A stretch of 64,000 nucleotides of DNA from Callorhinchus milii (lineage: Eukaryota): NCBI RefSeq assembly GCF_018977255.1, contig NW_024704742.1:42348001-42412000 (forward strand), written 5' to 3'. The notes under the pieces were generated by a model. That model had not been told where the DNA came from. It saw nothing but the letters and a program-made list of their open reading frames with translations, and ran no database searches. Made by a program: the position numbers and the translations under genes. Position 1 is the first letter of the stretch, and each line of letters opens with the position of its first letter. Positions 12,391-25,708 of this stretch are shown here, in pieces.

Positions 12391-14091
12391 GTTACAAAAA
12401 GCCTATTTCAGTATTATTCCCTTTGCTTTTTTTCTCAATCCCCCTCCCCAACCTCCAGAACCTTACTCACTCTGGTCATCTGGTTCACGATTTCACCCTT
12501 CTTGTTCTTCCTTTACTTCAGACCACCCGCCTAAGAATAACAGACTCATCCCTTGGCACAAGTCTGAGTGTAAACGTCAGACAAGGTTGGGATCTGAACG
12601 TCAGTCTCCTTGTTTTGGAGTCACATCTCTAAACACAGCAGCTATTTCGCTTGTGAGTCCTAAGCTGTGTAAGCTGTCAGAAAACACAAATAGTCTGACA
12701 GAGGCATTGCAGGCACCAGAACTCGAGAAAGCGCACTTGATTTAAATGGCGCTCGGGGCAGTTGACTGCATCCAGATACAGTATTATAATTTTGAACAAA
12801 GAGTAACATCCCAGTCTCCTGAATGATGTATTAGCCCTGGCTTTGCTGAATATGCACAATTGCACACCGTTAACGAAACACATACAGTGAAAATCCCTCA
12901 TCCTATTCATGTTACTTTCAATACTTTTTAACTGGTAATGTTGCACTCATGAACAATTCCATCATCTATTTTACAGAGTGGTTTGTTAATATGCTTAATA
13001 ATGCCTTGCCATTGAAGCCAAATTTCTAAGAGAATCTAAAATGGAATTTAACAAATAATAAACGAAAAGTAATATTGAAGATTAGCAAGGGGATGAGATG
13101 AGAGTGGTGAAGCTCGCACCAGTACAACCTGAAAGTGCAGTAAACTTTCTAACAATCTATGGGACAATAGTTTACTCTAAAGGTGACTCAATGTTACCTT
13201 CAGTCTTTGATTTGTTCCCTTTTTTGATGGTCAACACAAATTGAATTCTATGCTTCCTAGTGTTGTTCCTGGTGTCTCAGGGTTCTGCATGAAGGACACT
13301 ATGTAAATGAAAGTTTTTGTTGCTTAAATCCCCCCATTTGGGAAAATTAGGGTATGAGAGGGAATAAATCAAATACGATTTTGTTCCATCTTCCTATGGC
13401 TTGACAAAAACATTGTTCGGTTATTCAATTTTATTTCTATTGGAAGTAAAAGATGTTTCACAACTGGAGGCTTGAAATTTTTCATAGTCTTAACCATAAG
13501 ATTATTGTCTTAAAATGTAAGAACTTTGTAAAATATCTGGCATTCGTTTTTAATTTGGAAGGCAGTTTTTTGCAGTTCTGAAAAAGAGCCATTGGAAACT
13601 AGCTTCCAAATTAAAATTGAATCTAAGAATTTTCCAATTTCCTTTATTATAAATCCCCTGAATGATGCACTTCAATCTGAGGAAGCAGAATAAAGTTCCT
13701 GTAAACTTTGGCTGCACAATGCCGCAGGATTGTATGACATGATAAGCAATTCCAAAAAATGGAAGTTCTCAATGGAAGAGAAGTGCTTCCTTATCAAGAA
13801 GTGATAGTCAAGCAGCAAGAAAGTTGCCTGAGAGTCACCCAAAATCTCCCTGATAGTGAGCCGGGGAACGTGAATGCCATAGAGGGAAGAAGATCTAATT
13901 TATGATTTTCGCAAACGGATGAACAGAGCTTTGCTCTTTGGCCTTTTTCTGTACTGTGCCAGCTTTTGAAAATTGAAATATACTGTTTTGCTTCTATGCC
14001 AAATTATTTGAGAGTTTTCAGAAGTAGTAACTAACGCTTCCCAATTGAGAAAATTGTAAATCGGCCCCATTGTGTGGATCAGCAATATTAC

Positions 14092-14375
14092 AATACAACT
14101 TACATTTATATCATGCCTTTCATGTCAGGAGGATGTCTTAAAGTGCTTAACAATGCTGGATAGGTGTTGGGGGTGGGAGCTGAGGGAGGTGGAGAGATGA
14201 CCGATAATGCAGTCAAAGAGGTACGTTTTGAGACATGCCTTGAAAGTGGGGAGGCAGGGAGCGAATTGGAGGGACTCTGGGATGGAGGAGCAGAAAAGCT
14301 GATAACTTTCCTGCCGATGGTGGGATGGATAGGGCGGGGACATGAAGCAGGCTGCTATTCATTGAGTGAAAGGAG
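14092..14375 (-). mobile_element. L2 3' end fragment, older
   Basis: TFKACLKTYLF and tail motif. Confidence 0.7.
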
Positions 14376-15041
14376 AAGCTGGATCAATGTGGTTGAAGCA
14401 GGTCGCAGAGGTAGGATAAAATCTCAGTTGAGGGAATGGTACCACCAAATAAGACTTTAGAAGAACAAATCTGTAATAATGTGATTCTACAGAGCTAATG
14501 CTTTTCTAAAGAGTAAACAAATCACTGCTGTATCGACAGAGAACGCAAGATTGAACAAGGAAATACAAAATTTACTTTCTGAATTGATCCCAATCTTGTC
14601 CCTTCTTCTTCTAACTACTGAATCAGCCCAGAAGGAGAACCACTTGCCTTCAATCATCTGAGCTCAGATAGAATTTACATGACTGCTAGAGCAATTTTCT
14701 AATATTTCCTTATGGGCCATCAGGTTGGCTGGGAGGTTAGAGCTCTGCATATTTGCAGCTAATCTAAATGTCAGTCAATTTTTCTAATGCTATAAAGTTC
14801 TTTTGAAGCTGCTGCAGTACAACCTGGATTTATACTAAGGCCAAAGCAGTGATTCGATTTTGGTAGCAGTGCACTTAAACAAATCAGTGTCTTTTACCAA
14901 TGATTCAGCATTAAAATAGCATTGAATCAATGGCAGGTGCAGAGTATAAAGAGAACAATAAACAGAGGACTGTATAAGTGAAAATGTTGAGATTAGTTTT
15001 GAATCCGAGTACCCTTTGAGTATAATTTCTCTGACACTTAC

Positions 15042-15166
15042 ATTTTTAAACCCCCTGTACAGGATCTGAAGCTCCTTCTTTGTGAATTTAGTTTGTGCCT
15101 GCATCTGTTCCAGCCCCTCAGGGCGATGGCAGACAGTAGCCATTTCCATTTCATCTTCAACACTGT
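15042..15166 (-). CDS. KCNIP4: KCNIP4 core exon III, (D)[41 protein letters not shown]
   Basis: 125 nt, acceptor TCTCTTTTACAG|, donor AAT|GTAAGT; embedded in ORF 14835..15299. DSVEDE.EMATV is the KChIP4-type sequence. Confidence 0.96.
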
Positions 15167-16496
15167 CTGTAAAAGAGACAAAAGCAGGTATTATTCGAAA
15201 GAACAAAAGACTTTCTGAATCAGGAAAACAATTAACTTTCTTCAAACTCTTCCCCGAGACGCTCCCATTCTCTTTGACCCTTCCAACTCTGGGGCTCATA
15301 AAGTCCCCTTTCTGCCAGGGTCCTATACAAAATGAGTTTGTTCAACCTCAGCCAAGCTCATAATCTCTCTCTGTAGACACAGAATGACTGATATGAGGAA
15401 TGACATGTCACACGGGTGAAGGTGGGGTGCTCTACAGACAATAAGATGAAGGTGAATACAGATGAATCTTTGCTGTTATCTGACTGACCTTTATCTCATC
15501 TGGAAGTTCTTGAAGTTGATGCATAAAGCAAAATAGTATTTGAGAGCTTTAGTTCTGAATGAATGATTCACTGACTTGTATGATTGACTCTGTATAAATC
15601 TGGTATGTATCTTATAATTGCTTTGCAAGAAGTGAAATCAGCAAATTAACTTAAGAGTTCCTAACGGATGAGCAGGGCAAGTTTTCAGGGATATTTAATA
15701 GTGTACAAACTGAGATTTAACTTTGAACAGAATCTAAATTAACACACAAGATGACTGAACCAGATAGGGTCTTTCAGCTGCTTTGCCATTGGGAGAGTTG
15801 CAGTACAGACCCACTTTGGAAAGTTATTTTGTTCTGTCAGTCTTTATGGCTCATAATCTTAGATTTTGAGTGAATCTAGATAAATATTAATCCCTAAAAT
15901 ATTTTGTGAGCATTACCTCAGAAATTCACTGATCCAGAAATAGTTGAAGGAATTAAAAGAGAGAAGATAGGTCCTTGGGAAGTAAAGTATTGTGTAAAAT
16001 TATGGGGTAGTGCTTTGAGAAAGATAAAGCACTGTCAATACAATGATGCAACAAGTTGATACTGGCTTCATACTATCTTTATGTTGTCCCAGGTGTTCTC
16101 ATTAAACCAACATTTACAGGTAATGAACAGGTAATATCAATAGAATCATCACCTTAGTTTCATACTGATTTGAAAGAGAAGTGCAAACTGACATTGCACG
16201 TAGCTGGCAAATACTCAGAAAAGATGCTGTATCAGAAATGGACATTTGAAGCCTTTTCTTTGACACAGGAAGGTTTACACGGCATTTGTTCATCTTGATT
16301 TGTGATTAAGTAAGAGACAAAATAACGTATCAAGAAAGAGAAAGAATGGGGATCGTGCTGAGTTTATTATGCACTGCGGGAATGAAAGTAAATGTACCAC
16401 AATGAATTAGCCTCAGCACCCATGCTGATCTCTATCTAGAACCCCCTTTGTTGGTGCATATTGGTGCGCACCAAGTGAACATAGAACTGGGCTCCA

Positions 16497-16765
16497 ACAA
16501 CAACAACAAAATTACATTTGTAAAGTGCCTTTCAAGTCGAGAGGATGTCCCAAGGCACTGAAAAGTCAGGGATCACGACCCAAGCGTGGGGATCAGGGGG
16601 ATGAGGGAGCACAGAGGAGGTAGGAGGGCAGCTGAAGGCAAAAGTAGGGTCTTGAGCCATGCCTTGAAGGAGTTAAGAGAGGGAGCAAAGTGAAGGGATT
16701 GTGGGATGGAGTTCCAAATGGTGGGGGTAGAGAGGCTGGAAACCCACTGTGATAACCTCTGCCAA
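16497..16765 (-). mobile_element. L2 3' end fragment
   Basis: PTIWNSIP..FKAWLKT, (TTG)n tail. Confidence 0.8.
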
Positions 16766-17227
16766 CAGTCTCTGGCAAGACTAAAGGGAATAATGGTCAC
16801 TGAAGTGAGATACAGGAGGGTGACTGATCCCCATTGAACCATCCCTCAATAGGAAAGATAATATAAAACACCTTCAATTGGCAAGGTTAACAGTAAAGAA
16901 AATTATATTATATCCTACCTCCATCCTTTTTAAAAAAATGTTTTATTGGGGTCTAAACTGTTTTGGAGGGGTGTGTAATGAAGAGATGGAAGTCAAGCAG
17001 GAACAACAAAACAACAACAAAATAACATTTATAGAGCTCCTTTCATGTCGGGAGGACGTCCCAAAGCTCTGGAAAGTAGTGATGGGGGGAAAGATAAGCT
17101 CAGGATCAAATAATTAAGTGGAAATCGTTATTTTCTCTTCTTTTGAAAGCAGAATTCTGAAGATCAAATTAGAGAAGGTAGATATAAAAGGACCACCCTG
17201 AAAATTCATGGTGCTTGGCTAGTGCGA

Positions 17228-17828
17228 GAGATCCCAGCGGCTGGAGCCCGCTGGGCAGAGGGAGCGAACAGGATGGTAGGGTGTTAGGAGGTCACAGAGG
17301 CAGAGGGGAGCAAGACCGTGGAGGGCTTTGAAGGTGAGGACCAGGATCTTGAACTGGATCCTCTATGTGATGGGAAGCCATTGGAGTTGGGCAAGGATGG
17401 GGGTGATAGGGTCGTGGAACCTGGTGTATGAGAGACACGGGCTGCAGAGTTCTGAATGATCTGCAGCCTGTGGAGGGAGGAGTTGGGGAGGCCGAGTTTG
17501 CATAGTCGAGCCTCCACGTAATGAAAGCATGTATGAGGGTTTCGGTGGCCTGCTGTGTGAGACGGTGGTGGAGCTGGGCAAAGTTGCGGAGGTGGGGGAA
17601 GGCAGAGCAGATCATGGCGCAGATGTGGGGTAGAAAGTATGGTTGAGGGTCAAATAAGACCCCAAGGTACTGAACTGGCTTAGAAAGGTGGAGTGTGCAA
17701 CCATGGATGGTGATGCTGTCAGCGCCTGAGGTGAGGAGGTGTTGACAGGAGCCAATCAGGAGAGCGTCAGTCTTGTTGATGTTCAACTGAAGAAAGTTAG
17801 CTCTTATCCAGGACTTGATGTCTGACAG
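17228..17828 (-). mobile_element. L2-clade LINE ORF2 fragment
   Basis: ORF 17292..17786 (NINKTDALLIG, LGVLFD, HAFITWRLDYANS) and PILAQLQWLP. Confidence 0.9.
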
Positions 17829-18199
17829 AACACAAAAGAGGTCTGGATCAAAAGTACTTTGGTCCTTTCAGCTCCAGTCCTTGGCATACTTTGAAAAGGA
17901 ATCTGTTATGTTGTGTGGGGAAATACAAATACACAGTCACTACACTTCACAGTAAAATTCTTTGAAGTGCTTTCAGATGTCTTGATGATGTGATAAGACA
18001 CTATATCAAATGCAAGAATTATTATAAATTGGATGTAAAGATCTGCAATAATCTAACAAATTGGCAGATCAGCCTTAACTTGCTACTGTTCCTACGTTCC
18101 TAATTTGTGAAAACACAATCTACCTCTTCTGTACCGTGTTCCTGTCATTTATTTAGTTTATTTCATACAGGAAACCTTCCATCTTGTTTCTTATGATTT

Positions 18200-18295
18200 A
18201 TTCCATTAATTTTCCAATTATTGAGGTCAGACTAATGGATCTGTAGTTGTCAGTTATGCTCTGTCACCTTTCACGAATATAAGAACCATGTTTAC
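18200..18295 (-). mobile_element. CR1 RT fragment, degenerate
   Basis: Nucleotide resemblance to the PIFKKG / YRPVSLTS region. Confidence 0.5.
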
Positions 18296-18415
18296 CCACA
18301 GAAAACATTGTCATTACATTTTACATTATATCCTGTAAAGCATTTTGATATATCCTCCTGAAGTGAAAGGTGCTATACCAAATGTAAGGATTGTAATTAT
18401 TATTAATAATAATGT

Positions 18416-18724
18416 GGAGTCCTGTAGCTCAGTGGTTAGAGCGCTCGCCTCACAAGTGAGAGACCTGGGTTCGATTCCTGGTAGGTCAAAACCTTGGGTA
18501 AGTTTCTTACTCCACCTGCCTGATAATAATCCCTCAAGAAGAAAAAAATAATAATAATTCGGTTACTCAATTCACTGTTTGTGGGACACTGCTGTACGGA
18601 ATTGGCTGTCACGTTTCGTCCACAAATATACAGTCAATTCACTTTACAGTATATTCTGTAAAGCACTTTCAGACGGCTAGACAATGTGAAAAGCGCTATA
18701 TCAAATGCAGGAATTATTATTATT
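18416..18724 (+). mobile_element. tRNA-derived SINE, family A short form
   Basis: GGAGTCCTGTAGCTCAGTGGTTAGAGC head, GGTTCGATTCC B box, (TAT)n tail. Confidence 0.88.
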
Positions 18725-19799
18725 CTATTATTATGTTTGCTTACTTCCAGTTAGGAATGTACGTGTTCTGCATGCTTGATGTTCATTTATCCTCAACTGA
18801 TTTATTCTTGAGTACTTCCTCCCTGTCTATGCGTTCATGCCCTGAAGTTTGTCTGTCTAAACTAGACCTGGATTGTTTGCTTGTGCCATTTTCTAAGTCA
18901 GATGAATAGTATTGACTATGGTCATTGTCACCTTGTGGTTTATTTACTTCTACTCCCTGAGCAGGAATCAGGGTCACTGACTAGAACTAAGCCAAGGAGA
19001 GAACTGCCCCTTGTGAGCTTCCTGACGCACATCAAGAAAGCGGTCATTTTACACCAGTACATTTCTTCACGAGCAGTTTGTGGTATAGTGACACCACATT
19101 AACTACATTAATGGATTTTCCATCAAGCCAGTAGCACTCATGACAAAGGAGCACTGCAAGTGACAATTACCTTATTGGTATTAAGCAGATATACACGATT
19201 CTTCAATCATGTTTCATCTCATTCACATTGTGTAAGGTCATACATTTGTAGATTGAATTTGCAGACTGCAAGGGCAATATAATACATTGTTCCACATTGG
19301 GAGAGAAGGTCAAACCATCTTGGGCAAGCGACTATGTTTGTGAAAGTTTTGAGTGCAGAGATGGGGTCACAGAGGCAATACCATGGCAGCAATGGTGTAT
19401 AAGCTGCTATTGTGGAGAGCTTTTGGTTTCAGTGTGGCTGCTCATCTTCCCTTTTTTGAGGCTAACATACAGTGGCCATAGGGCAGGGGGACATAGGTTG
19501 TGCACCAGGATCAAATGAGAAGAGTGGATAAAAGGGATCATGTAGTAAGTGTAATCACGCATTCATGCTATCTGTTTTCTTCATTGGAAAGACTTAGTAT
19601 TCCATTGTTGCACAATAAAAAAAACGAATTTCTGCAATGGAATACCAATACCCAGCCAAGCAAGCTGAACACCCTCAATCATACTTCTGCACATATGTGG
19701 GGCAACAGAGCTCAGTATATCTCATGCACATTGATGCTCAGTGATCCTCTGTAATATTATTATTATTATTAATAATACAGAGATAATAATAGAGATAAT

Positions 19800-20192
19800 A
19801 ATAATCCTTGCATTTGATATTGTGCCTTATTGTGTCATCAAGATGTCTCAAAGGGCTTCATAAAATATACTGTAAAGAAATATGGCAGTGTGTATTTTGT
19901 GTACGAAAGAACCAAAAAGCCATGTAATGAATATTTATTTGGGGGATTGTTGGCCGGGACTCCCTTCTCTTTTTGAATAGTGCCACTAGGATCTTTAATG
20001 TCCACCTGGATAAGCAGATAGGACCTCAGTCTCAACTGAATGATGGTACCTTCAACAATGCATCATACTCCTTGTACTACATTGGATGTCAGCAGACACT
20101 ATATGAATTCCAATTCCCAGAGTGGAGCTTGAACCCATAACCTTTTGACTCAGAGTCAGAAGGTTGTACCAGCAATTGAGCCAACCTGACAC
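19800..20192 (-). mobile_element. Family B (DeuSINE-like) SINE
   Basis: Tail, core GGATCTTTAATGTCCACC, head CTTGAACCC...TGACTCAGAG. Confidence 0.78.
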
Positions 20193-21561
20193 TGCTAAAT
20201 TCTTAAATTCTTAAACACAGTGGAGTTGAATACAGAATCTATTTTATGCTGAAGGGGATTCACACTTGCTTCAGTTATTTGGTCCTCTCAGACAACAGCT
20301 GCCTGATCAAGAAGACTGTAATGCAATTTAAGTTACCGGCCAATGTCTAATACCCTTCTCACTTATTTCCACAGTCATCTACTATGGGGCACAACAACAA
20401 CAACTTGCATTTATATAGCTCCTTTTTCGTAAGGGTTAGACTGTAGCTTTCTAAAGTCATTAAAACTACAGAAAAATGTACAACTTTTTTTTGATCAGCT
20501 GGCAAAGTTGATACCTGTATTTCCCACCATCTGTTAACTAGAACAACACTAGAACAGTGCTTAGAACGTTGCAGAACAGAAAAGGCCATTCGGCTCATTG
20601 TGTCTGTGTTTGTATGAAAGAGCAGCCTATCAGTCCCGTTTACCTGCCCTTCCCTTGCAAATTATTCCTTTTTAGATATCTTGCCCTGTTTAGAATCAAA
20701 CAATGTAAAATCCTCTGACCTTCACTGTTCGAATACTAACTACAGTATAGACATGGGTAATGATGATTGGTCATTAAAAAAAGAACATTAGACATCATAA
20801 GCTCCACATCATGCCTTAAGTAAACCTGTAGTTCTAAAATCTGAAAGAGCAGTAAAACACATTTAGATGGGATCTTGTTAGGCTGATAGTCTGGCAACTG
20901 TTGGACCTAAAATAATCACTTCAGCAGCGGGGCCTATAAAGACGGCAGGCAGTCTGAGCCAAGTACAAATATGATGCTGGTCCATCCTTGATGTTTTTTA
21001 GTTGCCAAAAATCAACTTTTGAATCTCGGGTTGCAGCCTTCCAATGCCGCTTTGGAGGATAATAGCTTTACCAAATTGATATACTGTAAAGTGACACTTT
21101 AATGCTCTTTCTTCCAAACCAGCAATCCTCCTGAGCTGGAATCCAAGTATGCCTCCATCTGTCTCTTTGAACTTGGTATCTTCTAAAGAGGCATTCCAAA
21201 TTTTGGGTTAGTATTTCATTCAAAGGACCTCACCTTAAAAAATGTTGCATCCACCCAATTTTGCACTGGGGTGTCACCTTAGGTTTAGTGCTCAAGTCCT
21301 GGTGTCAGCTACAAAACTCACAGCTTCTGCCATTTGGAGTTAGAGTGCCATGATTCAACCAAGCTTTAATTTTCTGCCAAATTCTAGAAATAAATCTTCT
21401 AAACATATTAAGTCATCATGTAAAATACAATACACAATACTAACCAAATACTCTTCTTGCATCAAAGGGTATAATGGTATAATATTAACTGAGCCCTTGG
21501 AAAGGGTTTTAGAGGACACAGCCACTTAGAGTCCTTCCAGTGCAATACCAACATTTTGATG

Positions 21562-21812
21562 AATAAATAATAATAATAATCCTTCGATTTGATATAGCGC
21601 CTTATCATGTCTTCGAGACGTCTCAAAGCGCTTCACAGAATATACTGTAAAGTGAATTGACTGTATATTGTTTTGGATGAAATGCAGCTATTAATTGCAC
21701 ACAGCAGTGTCCCACAAACAGTCATGGATTGAGTGAACAAATTATTATTATTTATTTATTTTATTTATATTTTGAAAAGATTATTACCCCGAGAAAGCAA
21801 TCCGCCAATTGG
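21562..21812 (-). mobile_element. 5'-truncated family A long SINE
   Basis: 3' half and (TAT)n tail match the 4183 copy. Confidence 0.8.
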
Positions 21813-22979
21813 ATTACACTGGTGAAAAAGTTCACCTCTTACTAGTTTAACCTCAATTTCTACCTGGTATCAAATCCCCTCAGTAGATGCAGGACTTTCT
21901 CCAAGGTCTTCCTCGTCCTCAATGCAAGCCATAATAATAATAATAATGGCGGATTAAACCTGCTCTGGACTGTGGCTCTCTGTCAAGGGAGATAAACTCC
22001 ACTTGACCTAGACTTACTGAATTTATTGAAGTCAGTTTTCTACAGAAAAAAGTTGCAAAAAATTTACAGAAAAATCCCTTCAAAATCAATAATACATTTA
22101 AGAATTTACTAAGTTCGGATGTTCCAAAGGTCCACTCCAAACTTGTAAATTCGAAGCGATCCAAGATAAATTTGCAAAGTACAGTAACGCAACTTCAGAT
22201 TGCCACTTTCCTGGTTAGTTGTGAGAGTTTGCCAGTGTTATTCCCAGGGAAAACATGGCCGCTGAATCCATAAAATGTCAATGAAGTACAACTGCAGTGT
22301 TTGTTTTCATTATTCATTCTTGTCATTCCTCTCACTGTACAATGCTTGAATCACTGCTCCTTGATCTCCTCTATGCTGTTTGATGAGTTTCCTTTCACAG
22401 CTCGACATAAAGTTCTTCAACTATTGATATTCCAGGCCAGCAATCCTCCAGATTAATTGGCCATTCACCTCATGGCTATGTGTAGGACCTTGCTGGTGCA
22501 AAATCAGTACTATGTTTGTTTACAAAAACAGGCAATGTATTTGACAGTAATTATTTGTGAAGGACTGTCAGGCGTTTTGATGTGATAGGGCAATTTAAAA
22601 ATGTGAGTTATTTCTTCTTTCTGTTGTTGACTTCACTACTTCTTTGGTCTCTCATAGAACTCTCACCTCTAACACCAGCACAGTTTTAATTGTGTCAAAT
22701 ATTTATTTTTCTCTCAAACAACACCCTCTCATCTCTCCTAAATCCTTATTTCTCAGAAAGGTCAAGTCAACCATAATTTTAGAGATTCCTCCAGCATTTC
22801 TCTCACACACCTGTCCAAGATATAAGCAAAGCTTGCCATCTGAAAGGTGACCCCCATATCTCTTATCTCATGTCTACTGTATCTCCAATCTTTCCCTTCA
22901 TCAGAAACTAAAAGCATTTAATACTATATCCTGTGTCCCTTTTTTAGTATTTTGTAAGGTGAAAGCAACTTCTTTTTAT

Positions 22980-23143
22980 TAATAATAATAATCCTTGCAT
23001 TTGATATAGCGCCTTATCACAACATTGAGACGTCTCAATGCGCTTCATAAAATATACTGTAAAGTGAATTGACTGTATATTTTGTGGGCGAAACGCAGCA
23101 ACCAATTGTGCACAACAGTGTCCCACAAACATTCATGGATTGA
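22980..23143 (-). mobile_element. 5'-truncated SINE (family A/B shared 3' half)
   Basis: (TAT)n tail, stem-loop and core CAATTGTGCACA..GTGTCCCACAAAC. Confidence 0.8.
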
Positions 23144-23180
23144 GTTTTAAAAACTGTTGTGCTCTGGCTGAACACTGGTA

Positions 23181-23434
23181 TTACCTTCAGCCACTCTGCC
23201 CCCACCCTCTGGAACTCCATCCCGCAGTCCCTCCACCTCACTCCCTCTCTTGCCTCCTTCAAGACTCACCTCAAGAACCTCCTCTTCGACCGTGTCTTCG
23301 ATCACCCTCCTTCCTCCCCTGCCCTCCACCCTCCCCAATCCCGACCCCCAGCTTGGGTCTAAAACACTGACTGTCTTGGGATGTCCTTCCGATGTGAAAG
23401 GCTCTATACAAATGTCATTTTGTTGTTGTTGTTG
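23181..23434 (+). mobile_element. L2 3' end fragment
   Basis: FSHSAPTLWNSIP..FKTHLK, (TTG)n tail. Confidence 0.85.
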
Positions 23435-25498
23435 TAGTATAGTCAGTGAAAAGGCCAGATACATAAGAATGAATGGACACAATGCCAACCAAATTAGAAA
23501 ATAGGAGTCTTGCATGAGTAAAGTTGCGAATAGCTTCTCTCCCAAAATATGTGGACCCGCCAAACAATTTGTGGGAGAAGAAATTACACCTATATTTACT
23601 CTATTTATGTAGCATTCTTGAATGTCTAAAATTTGGCAAATAATAAAATTGTGTTTAAGAATTTGTCACATTTTAGATGTTCTACAAAATGTTACAAAAG
23701 TTTACAAAATAGAGTAAATCTAGACCCAGGTGGGATTACTTGCCCCATGCTGTTTTAAGAGCTAAAATCGAACCATGGTGTCTACTATCAGTATTTTTGA
23801 TTGATTTCATTGTTTCCAATAAATCAGAAAAAAAAGACATGAGATCAATTTGGTGACATTAATGCCGCTAACATGTAACTCATAGCTGATAAATTTTCAA
23901 TTAAATGTTTCAAGACAAATTACATTTCAAGTTCAACATCTCACGTACATTGTTCTGGAGCAAATGCCTACTATAATAAGAAAGAGGAATGTGCTAGATT
24001 CAAAGCACTTTGCTATTTTGGTTTATTTCAATATAAGTGATGATGCATGTTAACTGCAGGAGTTTTTGTTTGAATTATACATCATGTACATAGGAATAGA
24101 GGAGATCAAGAGTAGATTAGAATGGAATAGAGAGAACCGAAAGCGAGACTAAAACAACAATTCCATTAAGGGCCACAGATGATATTCATAGCCCACAAGA
24201 GCAATCCCTAAGTGACATTTAATCATTATTTATACTTCAAGATAAGATTACACATTTGTGCTCACTCCGCTGTGTGCTCTTCCTTGTTAATAAAAGGTAA
24301 AATAATTGATGTGGTAATATAACCAGTGTTAATTAAAATAACATATGTGAAGTGATAATCATCACAGGTGATATTATCATATCGTGGAACAATCTGCTCT
24401 TTAATAGTTGAGCTAAACTTGTATTCCCTGAACTGAAAAGCTGGGCTTTGTGTGGTAGGGGCAGGATACCAAGCACCATCGTCCAGCTCAAAAGTGGTGG
24501 GAGATAGTTAATATAGTTTCACCCAAAAGCTAAATTGGGGTATTTCGGAAGGAGTTCTCCAGTTCTCTCATTGGTGTCCTTTATCATCGAGTCTTCTCTG
24601 GGATTATAGAATGTCCCATGTTGTGATAATTATCACCAGTAAAAAAAAAGGACTCAAGATTTGGTTATTGAAAGCACATAGCATCCCAGTACTCTGATCT
24701 ATAAAATAAGTTTTCTGGCACATAGAGCATTCGATTACTGAAAATGTATTGAACTAATTGGGTTAAATCAAAGAGTGTTAGATAGAAGCAATCCTTTGGA
24801 CGTCACATACTGGGTTTTCCCCATTAACTGTATTGAATTAGATTCTACACAATTGCCATTAATAAATCTATGTTCTGATTAATAAATCTATATCCATAGT
24901 CAGCAATTATTGTCTTAATGATATCCTTTAGGGTGACATGTGAATAGTCTATTTTATCGATGAATGAGTTTAATGGGGATGAATAAACAGAATGAACAAA
25001 AGCATAGACCGAACATGCTTCTGAAAGGACTATTACTGACATGTGTAGAAATACACAATGTTGTTCCATTTCATTTTACGTTGGCTTAGATGTGTTTGCC
25101 TCTCATGCACAAGTGACCAGTGGCCCAAGGTTGACATCATTTCATGTGTCTACCATAGACCCATGTCATTGTGGTAGATAGAAAATGAATAGCTTCTCTC
25201 TGCACTTGGAGCCAGACTTGGTGTCATTGTTATTTTTACTGTACTGTACCTGGGGTTGTCTGACCTTTGGACATCCAATGGCAAAGTACACGACCACTTT
25301 CCCTGCCGATCTAGTGACTGTGTGCTTTTTTTAGTAGTGCTATAGATGAAGCTAAAATTCAAATCCACTTAAATATTCATCTCTTGTGTTTAACAGTGAG
25401 AGACCAGAAATCAGGGAAACCAGAAATACATAAACCATTCATGAAAACAATTGAGATCAGCATATATAGTGCTTAAGAACAACAAAAAAAAGACTTGC

Positions 25499-25600
25499 TT
25501 TGAGAATTAGAAGTTGACTTTTTAGCAACAGAACAGAGGAAGAGCTTCATGAGACGCTCTTTAATGCTGCGTTTGGTGCCATTCTGAGTGTAGATGAAAC
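25499..25600 (-). CDS. KCNIP4: KCNIP4 cassette exon II, (G)[33 protein letters not shown](N)
   Basis: 102 nt, phase 1/1, acceptor TATCTTCTAG|GT, donor [21 protein letters not shown] matches the KChIP4bL insert as recalled. Not in the ORF track. Confidence 0.92.
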
Positions 25601-25657
25601 CTAGAAGATATATGATCAGTATTTGTTATTTCATTGGGCTTCAAAGAGAAGTATGTG

Positions 25658-25708
25658 CATGCTTCATGCAATGCCACAATGCCATTGGTTTGAAGTGCTA
25701 AGCATGCA
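25658..25708 (-). promoter_or_regulatory. Cluster of Rbfox-type (U)GCAUG motifs upstream of exon II
   Basis: Transcript-strand UGCAUG at 25708-25703 and 25670-25665, GCAUG at 25662-25658. Confidence 0.5.

Noticed and set aside
14835..15299. 154-aa ORF as a standalone gene
   Set aside because: Only 15166-15042 is KChIP-like and splice-bounded; the rest is intron read-through. The same applies to ORF 6803..7048.
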